NCBI GenBank assembly: GCA_964460135.1 | Contig: CAYWPZ010000005.1 | Span: 1 to 48,284 of the forward strand | Reading direction: 5' to 3' | DNA from: an uncultured Caldilineales bacterium | GTDB taxonomy: Bacteria; Chloroflexota; Anaerolineae; J102 | DNA length: 48,284 nucleotides | Shown here: positions 8,698 through 20,251 of the stretch, in pieces | Layout: each line of letters opens with the position of its first letter | Numbering within the stretch: the stretch's first letter is position 1 | Program-made: the position numbers and the translations under genes | Notes under the pieces: model-generated | The model's database searches: none | Told to the model about the DNA's origin: nothing | What the model saw: the letters and a program-made list of their open reading frames with translations, nothing else

Positions 8698-9396
8698 ATG
8701 TACGACGCCCTTGCACCCTACTACCGCAAATACTCGGCCGGCAAAGCCAGCTATCTCGACGCCATCGATGACCTGATCATCGCCCGCATCCCGCCCGGCG
8801 CCCGCTCGCTGCTCGACATCGGCGCCGGCGACGGCGTCCGCGCCGCCAAGATCGCCCACGAGCGCGACATCCCGACCGTGGTGCTGGTCGAACCCAGCCA
8901 ACCCATGCGCCAGCTCTGCCAGCTGCAAAACCCGAGCGAGATCTGGCCGCTGGAGGCGCAGCACCTGCCCGACGGCGGCCCCGGCTTCGATGTCATTACC
9001 TGCCTGTGGAACGTGCTCGGCCACATCCCCACCTTTGCCGAGCGCCAACTGGCCCTACAGAAGATGGCCGGCCTCCTGAACCCGGCCGGCGTGCTGTTTT
9101 TCGATGTCAACAACCGCCACAACGCCGCTTCTTATGGTTGGCGCCGGGTGGCGAAAAACTACGTCAGCGACCTGCTCTCGCCGGACCCCACCCACGGCGA
9201 TGTCAGCTTTCAGTGGTCGATCAACGGCGCCACCATTGCCGCCATGGGCCACCTGTTCACGCCGGCCGAGGTGACAAAGCTGTTGGCCGGGGCCGGGTTG
9301 CGCGTCCGGCGGCGTGCGGTCGTCGATTATCGCCACGGCCGCGAGGGGCGCTTTGTTTTCCAGGGGCAGCTGCTCTACGAAACCGGTCTCGGCTGA
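8698..9396 (+). CDS. class I SAM-dependent methyltransferase
   Basis: Motif I LLDIGAGDGVRAA and a Rossmann-fold methyltransferase pattern. Confidence 0.8.
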   Translation: MYDALAPYYRKYSAGKASYLDAIDDLIIARIPPGARSLLDIGAGDGVRAAKIAHERDIPTVVLVEPSQPMRQLCQLQNPSEIWPLEAQHLPDGGPGFDVITCLWNVLGHIPTFAERQLALQKMAGLLNPAGVLFFDVNNRHNAASYGWRRVAKNYVSDLLSPDPTHGDVSFQWSINGATIAAMGHLFTPAEVTKLLAGAGLRVRRRAVVDYRHGREGRFVFQGQLLYETGLG

Positions 9397-9399
9397 CGG

Positions 9400-10257
9400 T
9401 CACAACGCCCACAGGCGCTGCCTCAGACTGGCGCGCAGCCGCCCCCACCGCCAACCCGTTTGCCACAGCCACCTGGCCAGCTCGGCTTTGCTGCGGATGA
9501 AAGGCAGGCGCCGGAGCAGCCGCCACCAGCCCTCCAGCCCCGCCCGCCGGGAGAGCGCCGGCATCCCCAGCGGGCGATACTTCTGGTAGAGCGCGACATT
9601 GCCCTCGCCCCAGGTGCGGCCCTGCCTGAAGATGCCCTTCAGGGTGGTGCGATGGCGGACATAGACCACCGCCTGGGGGACGAAGTGCAAGTCGTGGCCG
9701 GCCAGTTGCAACCGCCAACAGAGATCGGTGTCGATCAGGTAGAGATCGGGGTCGAAGCCGCCCAATTCGGTGAACACCTGCCGCCGGATGCCCATGGTGC
9801 TGCCGCCGGCGTGTGGCAGGAAGGGCGGGTAATGGTAGGGCTGCAAGCCCTCGACCTGTGTGTTCGAGTGCGCCGCCCGCACCCAACCGTGGTTCAGACG
9901 CTCCATATCGCAGCGGGCGGCCACAGCGGCATGCTCTGCCAGAGCCGCAGCCATAGCCCGCAGATAGCCCTCGCCCACCACATCATCGGCGTCGCAAAAG
10001 ATCAGGGCGTCGCCTGTGGCGGCGGCAGTCGCCGTCAGGTAGGCGAAAGTGGCCCCGCGTCGGGCCGAGGCATCCACCAGGCGCAGGGGTAGGCGTTCCT
10101 GGTAGCTTTGGGCCACCGCCGCCGTGTCATCGGTCGAGCCGTTGTTGGCGACGATGACTTCCCACTCACCCGGCCAGTCCTGCCTGGCCAGAGCTTCGAG
10201 CTGTGCGCCCAGGGTGTCGGCAGCGTTGAAACAGGGGATGATGATGCTCAGTTTCAC
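9400..10257 (-). CDS. family 2 glycosyltransferase
   Basis: MKLSIIIPCFNAADTL...VIVANNGSTDDT...FCDADD (GT-A DXD). Confidence 0.85.
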   Translation of the reverse strand: MKLSIIIPCFNAADTLGAQLEALARQDWPGEWEVIVANNGSTDDTAAVAQSYQERLPLRLVDASARRGATFAYLTATAAATGDALIFCDADDVVGEGYLRAMAAALAEHAAVAARCDMERLNHGWVRAAHSNTQVEGLQPYHYPPFLPHAGGSTMGIRRQVFTELGGFDPDLYLIDTDLCWRLQLAGHDLHFVPQAVVYVRHRTTLKGIFRQGRTWGEGNVALYQKYRPLGMPALSRRAGLEGWWRLLRRLPFIRSKAELARWLWQTGWRWGRLRASLRQRLWAL

Positions 10258-10260
10258 TGC

Positions 10261-11001
10261 CTATTCCACCGGCTGAAGTTGGGCCATGAACGCCGGGTCG
10301 GCAGGCTTCTGCCAGATGCGCAGTTGGGCGCGGCCGTAGCGCAGCAATTCGGGCAGGGTGACGAAGCGATAGCGGCCGGCCAACGAGGCCAACAGCTCAT
10401 CGACCGCGGCCAACATCGGCCCGCGGTCGGCCCAGCCCTGGTCGAGCGTTGTCCAGGCGGCGTCGTGCAGGAGGAGGATGCTGCCGGGCCGCAGCTGCTC
10501 GCGCATATTCTGACTCAGCCAGGCGGGGTCGTGGTCCAGCCAGTCGTAGCCGGTGATGTTCCAGGCGGCCACGGTGTAGCCCAGCAGCCGCAGATCGAGA
10601 TGGGAGGGGCGGTCGAGATGGCCGTAGGGTGGGCGAAAGAGCCGGCTGCCGTAGGGCGCCAGCGCCGCCTGAGTCTGTTGTAGCTGCCGCCACCGCTGCC
10701 TGCGCGCGAGCGAGGGAAACGAGGCGTGATCCCAGCTATGGTTGCCGATGGCGCACCCGGCGGCAGCCACCTGCCGCACCACCTGCGGATGGCGGGCGGC
10801 AGCCTGCCCGACCATGAAGAACGTGGCCTGCGCCTTGCGCCTGGCCAGAATGTCGAGCAGGCGGGGCGTAAAGGCAGGGTGGGGGCCATCGTCGAAGGTC
10901 AAGGCCGCCACAGGCTCGGTGGCGGCAACCGAGACCACCGCTCCCTCCATCCGGTGCCAGAAGGCGTAGTAGAGGCGGGTGTGCAGGCGCTGCTGGGGCA
11001 T
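10261..11001 (-). CDS. polysaccharide deacetylase (NodB homology domain)
   Basis: LTFDDGPHPAFTPRLLDIL...ATFFMVG...IGNHSWDH. ATG at 11001 was chosen because the longer track ORF to 11145 overlaps the upstream gene. Confidence 0.85.
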   Translation of the reverse strand: MPQQRLHTRLYYAFWHRMEGAVVSVAATEPVAALTFDDGPHPAFTPRLLDILARRKAQATFFMVGQAAARHPQVVRQVAAAGCAIGNHSWDHASFPSLARRQRWRQLQQTQAALAPYGSRLFRPPYGHLDRPSHLDLRLLGYTVAAWNITGYDWLDHDPAWLSQNMREQLRPGSILLLHDAAWTTLDQGWADRGPMLAAVDELLASLAGRYRFVTLPELLRYGRAQLRIWQKPADPAFMAQLQPVE

Positions 11002-11047
11002 AGCTGGCAAAGGATGGGCGTGGCAAACGGGCCTGGGGACCACACCC

Positions 11048-12349
11048 CTACGGGTGGGGGATGGCCGCGGCGAGCGCGGCCACGGTTTCGTTGTCATACG
11101 GCTCGAAGTCGGTGTCCCAGGCCAACATGGGGCGGACGGCAGCATCCATGCGCCCGACCCAATCCCCGCGCGCCGAATCGCCCTCCACCGGGTCCACCAC
11201 CTGGAAGGTGACGACGTTGCGCTCCCAGAATTGCGAGATCACCGGTTCGAGGGTGACGAGAGCGGCTTCGACATACATCATGCCCTCGCCCATGAAGTTG
11301 CCGGGGATGTGGACGATGCTGCGGTAGCGACCGGGCGGGCGGGGCCGGCGGCGCCATTCGGGGTCGATATCGATCGATTCGAATGCCAGCACGCCTTCTT
11401 CGTGATAGAAATGGTAGTGGGGGAGGAGGGCGTAGCCGGGTCGGAGCACGTCGAATTCCATCTCGATGCTCACCGGCTCGCGGATGTCCACGGTCTCGGC
11501 CACGCGGCCATCTTGCCCGCGCACGCGCACGGCTCGCAGGCGGACGATATCGCCGCCAGGGGCCTGGGCCAGGTCGGGCCACTCGCGAGCGGCGGCGGTG
11601 TCCAGGCCCGAGTTCAGGTAGGCGTTGACGACTTGCGGCGAGGGGGCGTCCATCAGCAGGGCGCCGTCGATCAGGATCGAGCGCGGGCACAGGCGGGTGA
11701 CGGCGGGCATGTTGTGTGAGACAAAGAGGACGGTGCGTCCGAGGTGCCCGACATCCTCCATCTTGTTCAGGCATTTGCGCTGGAAACGGGCATCGCCCAC
11801 GGCCAGCACCTCATCCACCAGCAGGATCTCCGGCTCCAGGTGGGCGGCGACGGCAAAGGCCAGGCGCACGGTCATGCCGGTGGAGTAGCGTTTGACGGGC
11901 GTATCGATAAAGCGTTCGACCTCGGCAAAGGCCACGATCTCGTCGAATTTGCGTTCGATCTCGGCCTTTTGCATGCCCAGAATGGCCCCGTTCATAAACA
12001 CGTTTTCGCGTCCGCTCAGTTCAGGATGGAAGCCGGTGCCTACCTCGAGCAGGCTGCCCACCCGCCCCCGCACCCCCACCCGCCCGCGCGTGGGTTTGGT
12101 GATGCGCGAGAGGATCTTGAGCAGGGTGGTCTTGCCGGCGCCGTTGCGCCCGACCACACCCAACACCTCGCCCTCCTTGACCTCGAACGAGAGGTCATGG
12201 AGCGCCCAAAGGATTTTCGGCTCGTCGGCAGGGCGGAGAGCAGGGCGGGGGGACCCCGCCCCTACAGACCGGGTGCGGGGGGCAGCAATGCGGTACATCT
12301 TGCCCAGGTCTTCGACGCGGATAACGATTCGGGTCATGGTTTCTTTCAT
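11048..12349 (-). CDS. polysaccharide/teichoic-acid type ABC exporter ATPase (Wzt/TagH-like) with extra C-terminal domain
   Basis: Walker A GRNGAGKTT, signature YSTGMTVRL, Walker B ILLVDE. About 170 extra C-terminal residues follow the NBD. Confidence 0.9.
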   Translation of the reverse strand: MKETMTRIVIRVEDLGKMYRIAAPRTRSVGAGSPRPALRPADEPKILWALHDLSFEVKEGEVLGVVGRNGAGKTTLLKILSRITKPTRGRVGVRGRVGSLLEVGTGFHPELSGRENVFMNGAILGMQKAEIERKFDEIVAFAEVERFIDTPVKRYSTGMTVRLAFAVAAHLEPEILLVDEVLAVGDARFQRKCLNKMEDVGHLGRTVLFVSHNMPAVTRLCPRSILIDGALLMDAPSPQVVNAYLNSGLDTAAAREWPDLAQAPGGDIVRLRAVRVRGQDGRVAETVDIREPVSIEMEFDVLRPGYALLPHYHFYHEEGVLAFESIDIDPEWRRRPRPPGRYRSIVHIPGNFMGEGMMYVEAALVTLEPVISQFWERNVVTFQVVDPVEGDSARGDWVGRMDAAVRPMLAWDTDFEPYDNETVAALAAAIPHP

Positions 12350-12351
12350 TC

Positions 12352-12384
12352 AGCCCCAAAAGGTTTGGCAAACCTTTTGGGGCT
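12352..12384 (-). promoter_or_regulatory. perfect intercistronic hairpin (15-bp stem, 3-nt loop)
   Basis: AGCCCCAAAAGGTTT-GGC-AAACCTTTTGGGGCT. Overlaps the permease stop codon (12383-12385) and ends 3 nt before the ATPase start (12349). Confidence 0.7.
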
Positions 12385-13270
12385 AGATCACATCGGCAAA
12401 GGTCAATTCCATCTTCTTGAAATAGAGCAGACCGCTCACCAGCAGCGCCGCCACGGCCGCGGCGCTGATCGCTACCGCCGTCCAGTTGGGGATGATGTTC
12501 CCCAGCAAGGCCCAACGAAAGCCCTCGATGACGCCGACCATGGGGTTGAGGCTGTAGAGCAGTTGCCACCCTTCGCGCACGGCGCTGGCTGGATAGGCTA
12601 CCGGCGAAACGAATAGGCCGAATTGCACCAGGAAGGGCACGGCGTGGCGCACATCGCGATAGCGGACGTTGATGGCCGAGAGCCAGAGGCTGATCGCCAG
12701 CGAGGAGGCGAAGGCCAGGCCGAGGAAAAGGGGGAGGGTGCTCATCCGCCAGGTGGGGGTGATGCGATACCAGGCCATCATGGCCACGAGGATGACAAAG
12801 GCGATGGCGAAATCGACAATGGGGGCGATGGCGGTGGCGATGGGCAGGACCAGCCGGGGGAAGTAGACTTTGGTGATCAGTTGGGCGTTTTCGACCAGGC
12901 TGGAACTGCTGCGGCTGACCCCGTGGGCGAAGAAGTTCCAGGGCAGCAGGGCGGCGTAGGCGAAGATGGGGTAGGGCGCGCCATCGGACGAGACTTTGGC
13001 CAGCCCGCCGAAGATGAGTGTGAACACCACCATGGTCAGGAGCGGCTGCAAGATCGCCCAGCCCGCGCCCAGGGCCGTCTGTTTGTAGCGGATCTTGATG
13101 TCGCGCAAGAACAGGAAGTAGAGCAACTCGCGGAAACGCCACAGATCGCCCAGGTCGAGGTCGAAGAGGCCGCGGTCGGGGCTGTAATATTGGAAGTCGT
13201 CCGCCTCCGACTCGGCGCGGACCGGCAAGGAGTCGGGCGGCGCGAGGTTGGCGCCTGGCGACAGGCTCAT
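12383..13270 (-). CDS. ABC-2 type exporter permease (Wzm/TagG-like)
   Basis: Six TM helices with an ABC-2 pattern, immediately upstream of the Wzt-like ATPase. ATG 13270 is preferred over TTG 13381. Confidence 0.85.
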   Translation of the reverse strand: MSLSPGANLAPPDSLPVRAESEADDFQYYSPDRGLFDLDLGDLWRFRELLYFLFLRDIKIRYKQTALGAGWAILQPLLTMVVFTLIFGGLAKVSSDGAPYPIFAYAALLPWNFFAHGVSRSSSSLVENAQLITKVYFPRLVLPIATAIAPIVDFAIAFVILVAMMAWYRITPTWRMSTLPLFLGLAFASSLAISLWLSAINVRYRDVRHAVPFLVQFGLFVSPVAYPASAVREGWQLLYSLNPMVGVIEGFRWALLGNIIPNWTAVAISAAAVAALLVSGLLYFKKMELTFADVI

Positions 13271-13384
13271 CGCAGCCCCTGTTGGGTCGAATGTCGCCCA
13301 GAAATTGAATTGGTCATACCCAAAGTCGTGCTCGCGCTCATGGAGTGCCGGGATCGTGCCATAAGAGGGCGGGCGGCGCAAACT

Positions 13385-16226
<2,842 letters not shown>

Positions 16227-16371
16227 GGCGCCACCATCCTGATCAGAGACAGAGCCAAGATCGCCGCCTGAAGGCCGGCGGCAAACCGGCAGCGGGCAGC
16301 CCTTCCGCGCTGGGAAAGGCCGATTACGAACACTCGTTCTGGCCGGCGATTATACCATCCGGCCCCCCACC

Positions 16372-16380
16372 TGCTATAAT
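16372..16380 (+). promoter_or_regulatory. extended -10 element TGCTATAAT
   Basis: TGC+TATAAT at 16372-16380, about 57 nt upstream of ATG 16437. The -35 is weak. Confidence 0.35.
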
Positions 16381-16436
16381 CATCCTTGCTGTGCGCCGAC
16401 AACGGGCCTGTCACGGCCAACGCCCCCCCTAGGACA

Positions 16437-17072
16437 ATGACCATGCTTAGCGACTTGACCGTGCACCACTTTCTCGATGCTCTGGCCAGTGGGGAGCCGG
16501 CCCCCGGCGGCGGCTCGGTGGCAGCGCTGGCAGGGGCGCAAGGGGCGGCATTGATCGGCATGGTCTGCAACCTGACGGTGGGACGAAAGAAATACGCGGC
16601 GGTGGAGGCTGAACTGCTGGCGGTGCGGGCGCAAGCCGACAGCCTCCGCGCCCGGCTCATCGACCTGATCGACCGCGACACCGCCGCCTACGAAACGGTG
16701 ATGGCAGCCTACAAACTGCCCAAAGAGACGCCCGAACAATTGGCAACGCGGACGATGAGCATCCAGTCGGCCTTGCAAGCGGCCACCCTCACCCCGCTCG
16801 AAACCCTGGATGCCTGCGTCGCGGCGCTGGAACTTGGCCCGATCATCCTGGCGAAAGGCAATCCCAACGCCGTCAGCGACGGCGCCGCCGGGGTGTTGTC
16901 CGCCCATGCGGGAATGCACGCCGCCGCCCTCAACGTGCGCGCCAATCTCAACGCCATCGCCGATGCTGGCTTCGTGGCCGCAGCCTCGGCTCGCCTGTCC
17001 GAGCTGCTGGCCCGCGGCGAGGCCGCCCGCGCCGCCGCCTGGCAACTGGCCGAAGAGACCCTGACCAGGTAG
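16437..17072 (+). CDS. cyclodeaminase/cyclohydrolase family protein (FTCD C-terminal-like / FchA-like)
   Basis: FLDALASGEPAPGGGSVAALAGAQGAALIGMVCNLT is the hallmark N-terminus of this family. ATG 16437 is preceded by AGGA. Confidence 0.85.
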   Translation: MTMLSDLTVHHFLDALASGEPAPGGGSVAALAGAQGAALIGMVCNLTVGRKKYAAVEAELLAVRAQADSLRARLIDLIDRDTAAYETVMAAYKLPKETPEQLATRTMSIQSALQAATLTPLETLDACVAALELGPIILAKGNPNAVSDGAAGVLSAHAGMHAAALNVRANLNAIADAGFVAAASARLSELLARGEAARAAAWQLAEETLTR

Positions 17073-17075
17073 CCG

Positions 17076-19304
17076 GTGGCAGAACTTGCCCGGAGTGAAA
17101 GGGGTGAAATGAAGGAACGCAGGTCGAAAGTGGGGAAGGGATTGTCAGCAGGTCAGGCTCGCAACAGCGCCAAAGAAGGCGAACCTCAGCCCGCGCCTCT
17201 CGCCCCTCCCTCCTCTTCCCTCACGCCTCACGTTGCACGCCTCACGTTTCACGCCACACGCCTCACACCCCACGCCTCACGCCTCCCCCACCTCGCCTCC
17301 CTCGTCTTCTTCCTCGCCTCCACCCTCCTCCTCACCTGGCCGCTGGCCCGAACCCCCGGCGCCGCCATCCCCGGCGACGCCTTCGACGGCTGGCAAAACC
17401 TGTGGAACCTGTGGTGGATGCGCAAAGCCCTGCTGGAACTCCACACCCACCCCTACTTTACGCCCGAACTGTACCATCCCAGCGGCGTTACGCTGTGGTT
17501 CCAGACCCTGAACCCCTTCAACGGGCTGGTCGGACTCCCCGTGCAGTTGGCGGGCAATCTTTTTTGGGCCTACAACGCCATCGTCTTGTTCAGCTTCACG
17601 CTGGCCGGCTATGGCGCCATGCTCCTGGCAAGATTCGTCTTGCAACGTTCCGGCGCCGTCGATGGTTGGCGACTGTGGGCGGCGGCCCTGGCGGCGGGCG
17701 CCATTTTCACCTTCTCGCCCTTCCACTTCGCCCACCTGCTCGGCCACATGCAGGTCTTCAGCCTGGAATTGGCGCCGTTCTACCTCCTCTATCTGTTGCG
17801 GGCGCTGCCGACCACCCCTACAACGGCGCTGCGCCGCCGCGACGCCCTCTTGGCTGCCTTCTTCCTCGTCCTTTCCGGGCTGTGCGACTGGTACCTCGTC
17901 CTCTACCTCGTCCTCTTCAGCCTGCTCTACGTCCTCTACTTGCTGGCCAGACAGCGGATCAGCCGCCATCACATCGCCGCCCTGACCCTCATCTTCGGCC
18001 TCTTCCTGCTCGCTACCGCCCCCCTCACCCTGCCGATGGTGGCCGAAAGTCTGCGCTACGACTTCATGCGCCCGCCCGCCGGCCAGATCGCCGAACTCAG
18101 CGCCGATGTCCTCGGTTTCATCCTCCCTGCGGGCCAGCACCCGCTCTGGGGCCAGTGGACTGCCCGACTGCGCACGGCTCTGCCTGCCAGCCCCTCCGAA
18201 AACACCCTCTACCTCGGCCTCGTTCCTGTCCTCCTGAGCGCCTACGGCCTCTGGCGACGCCGGCTGCGGCTGGGATTTTGGGCCATCGCCGCCCTTCTGT
18301 TTGCCGTCTTCGCCCTCGGCCCCGTGCTTCACATCGGCGGCCGGGTGATTTCTCTGCCCGATGGCCGCCCCCTACCCCTACCCTACGCCCTGCTCCTCCG
18401 CCTCCCCTTCCTCGACATCGCCCGCACCGTCGCCCGCTATGCCCTGATCGTCACGCTCTGCCTGGGCCTGCTGGCCGGGGGAGGACTGTACACCCTGCTG
18501 CTTGCCCACCCCCGGCGTTGGCTGCCGGCCCTGAGCATCGGCCTCATCCTGTTCGAGTACGCCCCCCTGCCCTACCCCATCAGCCTGCCCGACACACCAG
18601 CCTGGTACCACACCCTGGCCGCCGATGAACGAGCGGGCGCGGTGCTCAACCTGCCGATGACCTGGGATCGACCCAACTACCTCCTCTTCCAAACCGTCCA
18701 CGGCAAACGCCTCACCGCCGGCTACATCAGCCGCTCCGACCCTCGCACCCTCGTCGAACGCATCCCCATCCTCTCCGACCTTCGCCGTGGTCGCCCCGAC
18801 ATCAACGCCGTCGATCCCGCCGCCTACGCGCCCACCCTCTTCGCCTTTGCCGGCGTCGGCTGGGTGGTGGCCGACCGCTACCAAATGCCTGCCGGCGACG
18901 AGCGGGAGCATGTCGATGGCCTCGTGCACGTCATCTTCCAGGGCCGGCCGCCAGCCTACGAAGACGAGCGCCTGAGCGTCTACGAGACCTGGCCGCCCTC
19001 CGAGCCTTTGCCCTTCATCGAGATCGGCTACGACTGGGGACCGCTGCTGCCCGGCCCCGCCCGCCAGGTGGACGCCGCCGCCACCCTCATCGTCCACAGC
19101 CCCGGCCCCGCCCTTCGTTCGCTCGCCATCACCCCTGCCCCCAACTCGCCCCCCTACCGCCTGCTAGACGCCGCCGGCCGGCAAATCGGCGCCAGCGATG
19201 GCCGCGCGACCGCCTTCGCCCTCTCCCTCCAACCCGGCCCCAACACCTTCACCCTCGCCCCCGACCAGGCGGGGATGATGGTGGAGCGGGTGGGAGTAGA
19301 GTAG
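17076..19304 (+). CDS. large polytopic membrane protein, GT-C-like putative glycosyltransferase
   Basis: 742-aa ORF with more than 10 TM helices and a large C-terminal soluble domain. Starts at GTG 17076 or ATG 17109, and there is no in-frame start downstream of the repeat. The function call is weak. Confidence 0.65.
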   Translation: MAELARSERGEMKERRSKVGKGLSAGQARNSAKEGEPQPAPLAPPSSSLTPHVARLTFHATRLTPHASRLPHLASLVFFLASTLLLTWPLARTPGAAIPGDAFDGWQNLWNLWWMRKALLELHTHPYFTPELYHPSGVTLWFQTLNPFNGLVGLPVQLAGNLFWAYNAIVLFSFTLAGYGAMLLARFVLQRSGAVDGWRLWAAALAAGAIFTFSPFHFAHLLGHMQVFSLELAPFYLLYLLRALPTTPTTALRRRDALLAAFFLVLSGLCDWYLVLYLVLFSLLYVLYLLARQRISRHHIAALTLIFGLFLLATAPLTLPMVAESLRYDFMRPPAGQIAELSADVLGFILPAGQHPLWGQWTARLRTALPASPSENTLYLGLVPVLLSAYGLWRRRLRLGFWAIAALLFAVFALGPVLHIGGRVISLPDGRPLPLPYALLLRLPFLDIARTVARYALIVTLCLGLLAGGGLYTLLLAHPRRWLPALSIGLILFEYAPLPYPISLPDTPAWYHTLAADERAGAVLNLPMTWDRPNYLLFQTVHGKRLTAGYISRSDPRTLVERIPILSDLRRGRPDINAVDPAAYAPTLFAFAGVGWVVADRYQMPAGDEREHVDGLVHVIFQGRPPAYEDERLSVYETWPPSEPLPFIEIGYDWGPLLPGPARQVDAAATLIVHSPGPALRSLAITPAPNSPPYRLLDAAGRQIGASDGRATAFALSLQPGPNTFTLAPDQAGMMVERVGVE
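17221..17283 (+). repeat. heptanucleotide tandem array, 9 units TCACGYY, inside the 5' coding region
   Basis: TCACGCC TCACGTT GCACGCC TCACGTT TCACGCC ACACGCC TCACACC CCACGCC TCACGCC. Translated as LTPHVAR LTFHATR LTPHASR. Confidence 0.9.
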
Positions 19305-19327
19305 AGGATGGCAGACAGGGAGAAAGA

Positions 19328-19355
19328 GTCAACAATCAACAGTCAACGATCAACG
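19328..19355. repeat. heptanucleotide tandem array, 4 units (GTCAACA ATCAACA GTCAACG ATCAACG)
   Basis: Direct reading, between convergent genes. Confidence 0.85.
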
Positions 19356-19375
19356 AGGAACTGCCGCCTCTAGAC

Positions 19376-20251
19376 CTATTCCTTCATATACGGCTCGCCC
19401 AGGGCCTCGGGGCGGGCGGCGCCCCACTTGGCCCGGAACCATTTCGTCGACATCAGCAGCAGGACGCCTAAAGTAACGACAAAAGGCACCGTCCGCCAGA
19501 TATAGCGCGATAAAACGCCGGGCAGCACCAACTGCGGGTTGAGCGAAAGTTGCCAGAGGGTGCCGAACAGCAGCGCCCCGCCCAACAGAATCCAGGGATT
19601 CCACAGCGAGAAAAAGACCAGGGCCAGGGCCACAAAACCCCACCCCATCACCAGGTTATAGCTCCAGACCGGATTGTAGTCGAGGGCGTAGATGGCTCCG
19701 GCCAGCCCCATCAGCATCCCGGCCGCCACCACACAAAGATAGCGCGTGCGGATGACGCTCACACCCGAAACCTCGACCACCGACGGATTCACACCAACCG
19801 AACGGATGCTCAGGCCAAGGCAGGACTTGCTCAGCAAAAACCAGATAACAAGCGCCGTCAGCAGGCTGAGATAGAAGAAGGGCGAGACGCCGAAGATGGC
19901 GGGGATGCGCGCCATGCCCAGAGGGCCGGTGAAGGGGCTGCCGATATAGGTGGTGAGGCCAAAGCCCATGATCCAAATGCCCATCCCGCTCACCACCTGG
20001 TCGCCGCCCAGGCTGATCGAGAAGAAGCCGTGGAGCAGGCCGAGCAGGGCGCCGATGGCGATCCCCACCGCCAGACCGACCAGATAGCTGTCGGTGGATT
20101 GGCCGGCAATGAAACCCAGGGTAGCGCCGAACAGCATGACCCCCTCGATGCCCACATTGAGGACGCCCGACCGCTGCCCGATCAACTCGCCGAGGGCGGC
20201 AAAGGAAAAGATCGTCGAAGCCTCCAGACTTCTAGCCAGGAATTCGGGCAT
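19376..20251 (-). CDS. ABC transporter permease (BMP/nucleoside-type importer)
   Basis: Multi-TM protein of the BPD_transp_2 type. ATG 20251 (MPEFLARS) overlaps the upstream permease by 20 nt. Confidence 0.85.
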   Translation of the reverse strand: MPEFLARSLEASTIFSFAALGELIGQRSGVLNVGIEGVMLFGATLGFIAGQSTDSYLVGLAVGIAIGALLGLLHGFFSISLGGDQVVSGMGIWIMGFGLTTYIGSPFTGPLGMARIPAIFGVSPFFYLSLLTALVIWFLLSKSCLGLSIRSVGVNPSVVEVSGVSVIRTRYLCVVAAGMLMGLAGAIYALDYNPVWSYNLVMGWGFVALALVFFSLWNPWILLGGALLFGTLWQLSLNPQLVLPGVLSRYIWRTVPFVVTLGVLLLMSTKWFRAKWGAARPEALGEPYMKE

